Virus record (IMG/VR): IMGVR_UViG_3300032280_000442
Location: 244,575-308,574 of that record
Reading direction: 5' to 3' (one strand)
Length of the DNA: 64,000 bases
Origin: a virus
Lineage: Duplodnaviria > Caudoviricetes
The notes beneath the pieces are model-generated. The model was not told the DNA's origin and did not search any database. It was given only the letters and a program-made list of their open reading frames with translations. This document shows, piece by piece, positions 50,465 to 57,044 of this stretch (within the stretch, counting starts at the first letter, position 1; the number at the start of each line of letters is the position of its first letter). Position numbers and translations under genes: made by a program.

Positions 50465-51305
50465 TAATACGATGAGAATACTCGTCTTAGTAAGAATCTT
50501 TAGAAGGATTATTGTTTCCCTTCGTTTCCACCACCTTTTGAGTGGTAATCCTCATTGCTAATTGGTTAGACCAATTACTCCTTAAGATAATAACTACTCT
50601 CTTACTACTCTACTCTCTTTAAACTTGCGGTCTAACTCAGGATTCGACTCCTTAGAGGTTTTTGGTAAAAATACGATTGAACTTGGGGTTCTTTCGTGCC
50701 ACGGACAGCCCGTGACTAAGGAAGCAACTTTCGTTATCACCTGACAAACACTTTTCCGTTTTTCTGTTAGTTTTTCACCTATTGAAAAGTTTGGTTTGTG
50801 TTGTGGATTTGTCCAAGTAGAGGTTTGTCTTAGGCTTCATCATCTTTTGGACGACGAAATACCAATCTACCCGGTAGAGACTCCCATCTCTCATATTTTA
50901 AGAATTCTTCGAATCAAAATCTTGGTAGATGTTTGATAAGGATAATGACAGCACCACCTGTTACTTATCTTGTCTTTCGACTTTAAGATTTCTCTCATAT
51001 TGGAACCCGTAATAATTAAGTTGGATAACCTAACTTCTTACTTGATTCCTATCACTTATTCCTATTGGAGTTCCCCCCTCAACCGAAAGACCCACATCTC
51101 CCGGTCACCCAACCACTTTCTCTAAAGCGTCGCCCTCAATACTGAAGGTCAGATGGTATGTGACTTGTATACTCGAGCTCCCTTTCAGAAGCCGCAGAAC
51201 CAATAACACTAATGATTCCACTTTATCCCGGTTTCCCGGTTTATTTAAGGATGATATACCACCCATTATCTTTTTTTACATCACCGAAGTGTGTAATGGA
51301 TAATC
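50465..51305 (-). ncRNA. Large (~840 nt) structured ncRNA, probably GOLLD family
   Basis: No ORF; own promoter and terminator; many GNRA/UUCG hairpins (CAC-TTCG-GTG, CCGG-GAAA-CCGG, GTC-GAAA-GAC, AAC-GAAA-GTT); size and tRNA-adjacent phage context match GOLLD; ends approximate. Confidence 0.65.
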
Positions 51306-51310
51306 TAAAA

Positions 51311-51378
51311 TTTCTAAGAACGTATTAGGTTTCCCTAATTTGTTTTACAAAGGTAAGTGATTTTTTTCATAAGTCAAA
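51311..51378 (-). promoter_or_regulatory. Bacteroidota promoter followed by boxB-like hairpin and boxA-like element
   Basis: TTTG (51375-78) - 19 nt - TACCTTTG (51348-55); ATTAGG-GAAA-CCTAAT (51324-39); GTTCTTAGAAA (51311-21). Confidence 0.7.
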
Positions 51379-51410
51379 CACTTTTGTAATTTTTTTTTAT
51401 TTTTTTTTAA

Positions 51411-51640
51411 TCTGTGATAAGACCTTAAGATTTACTCATTCGTAGGTCACCCATTCTGTACTACCTAAAACTCGCCTTTAACATCCGTTCTACCCAAACC
51501 ATCGTTTATTTCTTGTTAACCTCACGGTTATCTTTGAGTACCTCCTCAACTGTAATCTGATAGGGGCTCCATATTGCTCGTCATTTCTGACTCCCTATGG
51601 GGTTCTGCTGTAATAGGTCTATCTGCTATCTTATCACAGA
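51411..51640 (-). ncRNA. Unassigned ~230-nt structured RNA
   Basis: 12-bp closing helix TCTGTGATAAGA/TCTTATCACAGA; internal GTCA-GAAA-TGAC, TAACC-GTGA-GGTTA, TTGAG/CTCAA, ATAGGG/CCCTAT. Confidence 0.6.
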
Positions 51641-51651
51641 ATAATCTATTG

Positions 51652-51741
51652 TGGTATCAGGTGGGTTCGAACCACCGGCACAGAGTCTTTCGTTACTCCT
51701 GCTCTACCAAAGGAGATAAATCTCCACTGAGCTATAATACC
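51652..51741 (-). tRNA. Aberrant tRNA-like RNA (extra hairpin in D loop, 8-nt anticodon loop, no assignable anticodon)
   Basis: GGTATTA/TGATACC acceptor; GCTC/GAGC D stem; GGTGG-TTCGAAC-CCACC T arm. Confidence 0.7.
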
Positions 51742-51751
51742 ATATAAGTTA

Positions 51752-51826
51752 GTGGACGTATGCTCTACCATCTGAGCTACAGCTTTTAATCACCGGAGGG
51801 ATTTGAATCCTCGACACAACGTCCAC
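51752..51826 (-). ncRNA. Circularly permuted tRNA-like RNA (YrlA-like topology)
   Basis: GTGGACGT-TGTGTC-GAGGA-TTCAAAT-CCCTC-CGGT..GCTG-TA-GCTC-AGATGGTA-GAGC-AT-ACGTCCAC. Confidence 0.7.
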
Positions 51827-51840
51827 CTATTTTTTCAATA

Positions 51841-51896
51841 TTTTTAAGAACCTTATTTCTTTGACAAAGATAATACTTTTATTTTAATCTGTCAAA
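51841..51896 (-). promoter_or_regulatory. Bacteroidota promoter plus boxA-like element for the tRNA-like operon
   Basis: TTTG (51893-96) - 20 nt - TATCTTTG (51865-72); GTTCTTAAAAA (51841-51). Confidence 0.7.
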
Positions 51897-51917
51897 CTTT
51901 TTTTTTAATTTTTTTTG

Positions 51918-52019
51918 TAGTCAGGACAGGATTCGAACCTGTTCCGTCTTTACCATAAAGAGTCGGCCTTACCGTTACTCAACCTTGGGGAGGTGATTCC
52001 AACCAATGGACTCCTGACT
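51918..52019 (-). tRNA. tRNA-like RNA with two extra hairpins in the variable region (isotype undetermined)
   Basis: AGTCAGG/CCTGACT acceptor; ACAGG-TTCGAAT-CCTGT T arm; TCCA/TGGA D stem. Confidence 0.65.
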
Positions 52020-52035
52020 ATGTTTCGTTAATGTT

Positions 52036-52176
52036 AAAAACTGACTCAATCTTCCTAAAAAACACTAACTTCCTACTTACTCTATTATAGGCTCGGCCGT
52101 CCTCTTTTAAATATAGTTTTACCTGAAACTTCTTCGGGTTGTTGATTGACCACTCCCGCTTACTCAAGTAGTTTTT
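52036..52176 (-). ncRNA. Candidate ~140-nt structured RNA
   Basis: Closing helix AAAAACT-ACTTGA / TTGAGT-C-AGTTTTT; internal CGGG/CCCG, AGTTT/AAACT, CCTA/TAGG. Confidence 0.35.
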
Positions 52177-52429
52177 ACATACTCATCATCCAACCCATTC
52201 GGTTTTGTTCTTGATACTGAGAATAAGTACATTTTCTCATTGACTTATAATCCGGTCTCAACTTTGAATGTGTTGGGTATTTCTTCTCGTGTTCCTTTTG
52301 TTCTCTCATCACACGAGCATACGCCTCTCTTTTACTTGGAGCCCATACATCATTAAATCCACCACCAATCCAATTAAACAAATATAGGTATTCACCATTA
52401 ACACTTCTATACAATTTCTCTTTAGCCAT
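52175..52429 (-). CDS. Hypothetical protein
   Basis: ORF with TATCTTTG promoter at 52451-58 and TTTG 19 nt upstream. Confidence 0.65.
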   Translation of the reverse strand: MAKEKLYRSVNGEYLYLFNWIGGGFNDVWAPSKREAYARVMREQKEHEKKYPTHSKLRPDYKSMRKCTYSQYQEQNRMGWMMSM

Positions 52430-52532
52430 ATCTTATCCGTTTTGTGAGTACAAAGATAAGGCTTAAATTGAAACTACCAAACTTTTTTTAAAAATTTTTT
52501 TATTTTTTTTTATTACTGAAGTGAAGTAAAAC

Positions 52533-52560
52533 AAAAAACCCCTCCGAAGAGGGGTTTTTT
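52533..52560 (-). terminator. Intrinsic terminator
   Basis: Minus strand AAAAAACCCCTC-TTCG-GAGGGGTTTTTT. Confidence 0.85.
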
Positions 52561-53248
52561 ATTTTAATAGTTTTTTAATTTTTTCAATATCTTTCATTAC
52601 TCGCCTTTGTTTACTTTCATTAAGCCCAAATATTTGTTTAGCGGGTTTAGCAATTAAATTTATCATAAAATTCTGAGCATATTCTTCAGCACTTGATTGT
52701 GTAGATGTTTCACTTCCCGGTGTAAATGGTGTTATTTTACCATCACCACATTTTAATGTTCCATTATCATTTAAGAATTGTCTTATATGACCTGTTTCAA
52801 CACCAATATGTAAATGGTCGTAATCACTACCCGGAAAGTCCATAACATAACCCAAAAGTTGACCACATTCTACTTTACTACCTTGTTTAACTGTCACATC
52901 TTTTAAGTGAGTATAATACACATCTGGAAGTCCACCATCACTATCGACAGTAAATCCCGCACCAAATAAAGTTTTTCCATCTTTTTTTATTGGTGTTGGT
53001 CCATAATCAGAATATGTTTTAACTGTTCCACCTACAACAGCATATACGGGAGTTCCTATTGAGGCTTTAAAGTCCCACGCATTAGCACTTTGCCATCCTG
53101 ATTGACCTTTATGGGCACCATCGGCAGGTATTTTAACTGAATCCCCCCCTAACAAACTAGTACTTGTAGTGGACACTTCATCTAAATTTTTTATTTTAGT
53201 TTTAAATTCAGATGTGGATATTTCCAATAATTGTATTAATTTTTTCAT
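52559..53248 (-). CDS. M23-family peptidoglycan endopeptidase
   Basis: WDFKASIGTPVYAV; YYTHL; HLHIG. Confidence 0.8.
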   Translation of the reverse strand: MKKLIQLLEISTSEFKTKIKNLDEVSTTSTSLLGGDSVKIPADGAHKGQSGWQSANAWDFKASIGTPVYAVVGGTVKTYSDYGPTPIKKDGKTLFGAGFTVDSDGGLPDVYYTHLKDVTVKQGSKVECGQLLGYVMDFPGSDYDHLHIGVETGHIRQFLNDNGTLKCGDGKITPFTPGSETSTQSSAEEYAQNFMINLIAKPAKQIFGLNESKQRRVMKDIEKIKKLLK

Positions 53249-53249
53249 A

Positions 53250-53855
53250 TTATTGTTCTAAATGGTTCATTAAAACACCACCAATAGATGTTGATTGGAC
53301 TATTAGACTAGTAATTGTCTCATCATTAAGTTTTATTTTTTTCTTTGTATAATCAATACCTAACATTCCAATAAATCTACCTTCAATACATTTTATTGCA
53401 AAAAGATAACCTGATTTACAACCAGTATCTTCCGCAATATATTTTAAACCATATGTTGCAATTGTTTCATCTTTAAAATCTGAAATTTCAATTTTATCTC
53501 TTTCAAATAATTGGTTGATTGAACGGCTGAATAAATTAACGGGTATATTGTGAAAATTCCCCTGTATTGAAGATACGGATGGAGCAACTGATTCATATAT
53601 AATACTGAATTTTGCCATTGATTTCCCGGTTGGATAAAAGTTACCCCCGTTATGAAATTGTGCCACCCAAACTCTATCTGCTTTAAATTCGTCTTTAATA
53701 TGGTCTAATTTGGTCATTACAAGTTCACTAACTTTTAATGTTTCCAATACCATATCCGGTTTCTCTACTTTTTTTTCTAATTTATTCTTAATAAATAATA
53801 CTAAAAGAGGACCTAATACCCCCGTGATAAACGCAACAATTATTGATACCGTCAT
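53250..53855 (-). CDS. Single-TM protein with GAF-like domain (T4 holin T-like)
   Basis: N-terminal TM helix; ADRVWVAQFHNG; FIGMLGIDY. Confidence 0.5.
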   Translation of the reverse strand: MTVSIIVAFITGVLGPLLVLFIKNKLEKKVEKPDMVLETLKVSELVMTKLDHIKDEFKADRVWVAQFHNGGNFYPTGKSMAKFSIIYESVAPSVSSIQGNFHNIPVNLFSRSINQLFERDKIEISDFKDETIATYGLKYIAEDTGCKSGYLFAIKCIEGRFIGMLGIDYTKKKIKLNDETITSLIVQSTSIGGVLMNHLEQ

Positions 53856-53860
53856 AATCT

Positions 53861-54412
53861 TTATCTTAAATTACCAAAGTTTTTTAAGAATTGTTCCTTA
53901 GTTATTTGTAATTTTTGACCACTTTTAGTTCTAACCACCATTATTTCAGGTTTTTTAGGTGTGGATTCAACAATTTTTTTCTTTGGAAGTTCAGCAACTT
54001 TGGGTTTATGTGTTTCAACTATTTTAACTTTTGGTTCCTCAATAATTGGTTCTTCTTGTTGAAAAACCTCAACAGTTAATCTTGGTTTTTCTTCTTGTTC
54101 TTGTTCAGAAACAACCACATTAACTTTTTTGTTTGTTTTTACACCAAAGTCAGAACTCCAAGGCTCAAAATAGACATCGTCGGCAATGACCTCTAATCTC
54201 ATATTACCTTTTGTTCCTTCAGGTAAAAAATGTTTAGTTTTTGGGATATTTACTTCACACACTCCTGTATTTTCAATAGCACCATTAAACATATAAGACA
54301 TTTCATCTGTCTCAATTACTAATCTTACTTTAGATTTCGCTAAAGAAGTTCCTTCAATTTGTATATTACAATTGAATTTATTCGGTTTGTCTGTATATAA
54401 AAAGTAACTCAT
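53861..54412 (-). CDS. Hypothetical virion-associated protein
   Basis: RLEVIADDVYFEPW; TATTTATA upstream. Confidence 0.55.
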   Translation of the reverse strand: MSYFLYTDKPNKFNCNIQIEGTSLAKSKVRLVIETDEMSYMFNGAIENTGVCEVNIPKTKHFLPEGTKGNMRLEVIADDVYFEPWSSDFGVKTNKKVNVVVSEQEQEEKPRLTVEVFQQEEPIIEEPKVKIVETHKPKVAELPKKKIVESTPKKPEIMVVRTKSGQKLQITKEQFLKNFGNLR

Positions 54413-54426
54413 AACTTATAAATATC

Positions 54427-54753
54427 TTAATCTTTTATATTTGTCACATCAACTTTAATATTTTTCTGTTCTTTCATTAATACTTCCACATCTTTTAGCT
54501 TTACAGTGACTTTATTATTCTTAGTTTTATTAACTTTTGTTTCAAAAACAATCTCATCAACATCTAATCTTACAAATAATCCAATTAAGGTTGCAACTTC
54601 GTCTTGCCTTAATTCTTTCATTTTTTTACGAATTCTTGGACCAATACCCCCTGCAGCAATAATTTTCTGTATAACGCACCCTTCTTTCCACGTAAATGGT
54701 GTGTCCATCCACGCGAAAGGTGTATCATTCCAAGAGTAACAAATGCTTCCCAT
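54427..54753 (-). CDS. Hypothetical protein
   Basis: WNDTPFAWMDTPFTW repeat; divergent late motif. Confidence 0.55.
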   Translation of the reverse strand: MGSICYSWNDTPFAWMDTPFTWKEGCVIQKIIAAGGIGPRIRKKMKELRQDEVATLIGLFVRLDVDEIVFETKVNKTKNNKVTVKLKDVEVLMKEQKNIKVDVTNIKD

Positions 54754-54755
54754 AC

Positions 54756-54767
54756 TATTTATAAATA
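54756..54767. promoter_or_regulatory. Palindromic TATTTATAAATA, putative back-to-back late promoter
   Basis: Gives TATTTATA on the sense strand of both divergent genes. Confidence 0.55.
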
Positions 54768-54791
54768 ACTAAAAATTTGTAAAATTGTAGT

Positions 54792-56375
54792 ATGTCTGAT
54801 ATTTCTAGTCAATTAATTAAGGATTCTTATAATTATGTCCTCCAATCTGACCTTTCAACCGGTGTTGTGTACCGTATAGGAGGGGATATTCCCGTTAACC
54901 CAATATTTTCATCAGGATTAACAATTAACGAGAATTTTAACTTTTCAAATGGAACTGAACAAAGTGGATATATATTAATATCAGATGGTTCAGGTAACGC
55001 TAATTGGGGTCCTGTTTCAGGTGATTATTTATCATTAAGTGGGGGAACCGTTACTGGTCCAACAATATTTACAAGTGGTTTAACTGCAAATACAATATCT
55101 GCAACAACATATTATAATTTACCTAATGACGTATTTGTCACCGGAGGAACTTATAATAATGGTAGTGCGACATTTACAAATAATTCAGGAGGAACATTTA
55201 CGGTAACAGGATTTAGTACAAGTACAGGGACATCATTTACCGGAGGGACTGTTTCAGGGGCAACAAATTTTACAGATGGATTAAGTGCTAACACAATATC
55301 TGCAACAACATATCAGAATTTACCACAAGACATTTTTGTTACCGGAGGAACTTATAATAACGGAGATGCCACATTTACAAATAATTCAGGAGGAACATTT
55401 ACGGTAACAGGATTTGCTGTTGGTGGAGGTGGGGGTCAAACATTTTATTTAAATTTATCTCAATCACAAGGTGGAAATAGATTATTAAGTACAACCGGTA
55501 GCACCGCATCTGAACAAACAAGTGGTGTAACTATTAGTAATGGAGTGACAAGTACTATTGCGTCTTTTCAATCACAACCACTAAATATAACATTATTACC
55601 GGGAGGTGTATGGGGTTTTTATTTACATTCATATAAACAAAATAATAACGCTAGTTTTAATATATTTGTTGAAGTTTATAAGAGAACAAGTGGTGGTACC
55701 CAAACACTCTTATTTACAACAGACCCGGCACCTGTAACTACTAATTCACCTAATCCGTCAATGCAACTTAGTGATGGTTATTTTAGTGGAACACCATTAT
55801 CGGTTAGTGATAGTATAGTTGCAGTAGTTAGAGCGACTAATACAGGTAACCAATCACGTATAATAACTTTGGTTACTGAAGGTTCACAACATTATTCATA
55901 TGCGGTTTCAACGATACCAACACAACAAGGATTAACTTGCGATACATTAAGTGGATGTAGTATCATTCAAACAATTCAAACCGATGTATCAAATAAGTTA
56001 GATAAAAGTGGTGGAACTATAACAGGTGATTTAATTATTAATTCAGGTTTAACCGCAAATACAATTTCCGCAACAACGTATCTTAACTTACCCGCATCAT
56101 CTGTAAAATCAATAAATTCTGTGTCGGGTAACACAAATGCCGGAAACAATCAAAATACCGATTACATATATTTTGCAACAAACACAATTACAATAACACT
56201 TCCAACGGCAATCAGTAACATCAATTCATATGTAATTAAAAATGTTGGAACCGGTACAATTACAATAAACACAACATCATCTCAAACAATAGATGGAAGT
56301 TTAACCGCATTAATAAAAGTACAATATTTATCATTAACATTAATTAGCGATGGTGCTAATTGGAACATTATATAA
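54792..56375 (+). CDS. Tail fibre-like protein with internal repeats
   Basis: GLTANTISATTY and GGTV motifs three times; Gly/Thr/Ser-rich; C-terminal TITLPTA...QTIDG...LISDGANW. Confidence 0.7.
   Translation: MSDISSQLIKDSYNYVLQSDLSTGVVYRIGGDIPVNPIFSSGLTINENFNFSNGTEQSGYILISDGSGNANWGPVSGDYLSLSGGTVTGPTIFTSGLTANTISATTYYNLPNDVFVTGGTYNNGSATFTNNSGGTFTVTGFSTSTGTSFTGGTVSGATNFTDGLSANTISATTYQNLPQDIFVTGGTYNNGDATFTNNSGGTFTVTGFAVGGGGGQTFYLNLSQSQGGNRLLSTTGSTASEQTSGVTISNGVTSTIASFQSQPLNITLLPGGVWGFYLHSYKQNNNASFNIFVEVYKRTSGGTQTLLFTTDPAPVTTNSPNPSMQLSDGYFSGTPLSVSDSIVAVVRATNTGNQSRIITLVTEGSQHYSYAVSTIPTQQGLTCDTLSGCSIIQTIQTDVSNKLDKSGGTITGDLIINSGLTANTISATTYLNLPASSVKSINSVSGNTNAGNNQNTDYIYFATNTITITLPTAISNINSYVIKNVGTGTITINTTSSQTIDGSLTALIKVQYLSLTLISDGANWNII
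55092..55415 (+). repeat. Tandem 201-bp (67-codon) duplication within fibre gene
   Basis: ACAATATCTGCAACAACATAT at 55092/55293; 45-bp identity at 55170/55371. Confidence 0.8.
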
Positions 56376-56377
56376 TT

Positions 56378-56728
56378 ATGGCATATACACCTATATCTCC
56401 GGCATTAACATTTCATCTCGTATCATCAACAGGTACGAATGCAACTAACATTAAATCAAGTTCAGGAACAGTTAATGGATGGTACATTTATAATTCAACA
56501 ACAGGAATAAGAAAAGTCGCCTTTCATAATAACGCGGGTACACCAACTGCCGGTACAGGAGTTGTATATTCTTTAGTTATACCACCATTAGCCGCTGCCA
56601 ACGTTTCATTTCCTGATGGTATAAATTTTACAACAGGTATTGCAATAACCACAACAACAGGACTTGCAGATTCAGATACTAATGGAGTTCAAACAAATGA
56701 TTTAATAATTAACATATTTTATAAATAA
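56378..56728 (+). CDS. Small virion/fibre-associated protein
   Basis: MAYTPIS... FPDGINFTTGIAI; ATG 56378 preferred. Confidence 0.55.
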   Translation: MAYTPISPALTFHLVSSTGTNATNIKSSSGTVNGWYIYNSTTGIRKVAFHNNAGTPTAGTGVVYSLVIPPLAAANVSFPDGINFTTGIAITTTTGLADSDTNGVQTNDLIINIFYK

Positions 56729-56729
56729 A

Positions 56730-57038
56730 ATGAAAATACAAGAAACACAATCAGTAAAAATACCATTAACCGGTATGGTAAATAATTTGGAGATAATTGT
56801 TAACTCATTTTCTCTATTCCCAACTTCAATAGAAGTGATTTGGAAATTAACCGGAACATTTACAATAAAAGAAGGAACATTAACAATCCCTAATGATATA
56901 GTATCTTCTTGGGGTACAGATGACACAATAATTAAAGATTATGTGTTGGAACAACTAGGTTTAGTTGAGGATTTAACACCCGAACCTGTTATTGAAAAAC
57001 CTATTATACCAATAATAGACGAAGAACCTATAATATAA
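56730..57038 (+). CDS. Putative tail fibre assembly/chaperone protein
   Basis: SWGTDDTIIKDYVLEQLGL; position among fibre genes. Confidence 0.45.
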   Translation: MKIQETQSVKIPLTGMVNNLEIIVNSFSLFPTSIEVIWKLTGTFTIKEGTLTIPNDIVSSWGTDDTIIKDYVLEQLGLVEDLTPEPVIEKPIIPIIDEEPII

Positions 57039-57044
57039 TAATCT

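Noticed and set aside
50465-51305. rRNA fragment or group I/II intron
   Set aside because: No recognisable rRNA universal motifs, group II domain V or flanking exons; has its own promoter and terminator
51411-51640. RNase P RNA or SRP RNA
   Set aside because: Lacks the GAGGAAAGTCC P4 strand and the SRP domain IV consensus; only short chance-like matches such as CAGAACCC
51700-51730. Spliceable intron in the D loop of the tRNA-like RNA
   Set aside because: Only about 14-17 nt, no bulge-helix-bulge or self-splicing core visible; treated as a structural insertion
21632-54424. Classical T4 late promoter TATAAATA
   Set aside because: The octamer is present but mostly in the wrong orientation for the adjacent genes; the sense-strand motif is TATTTAT(A/T), reported as a finding
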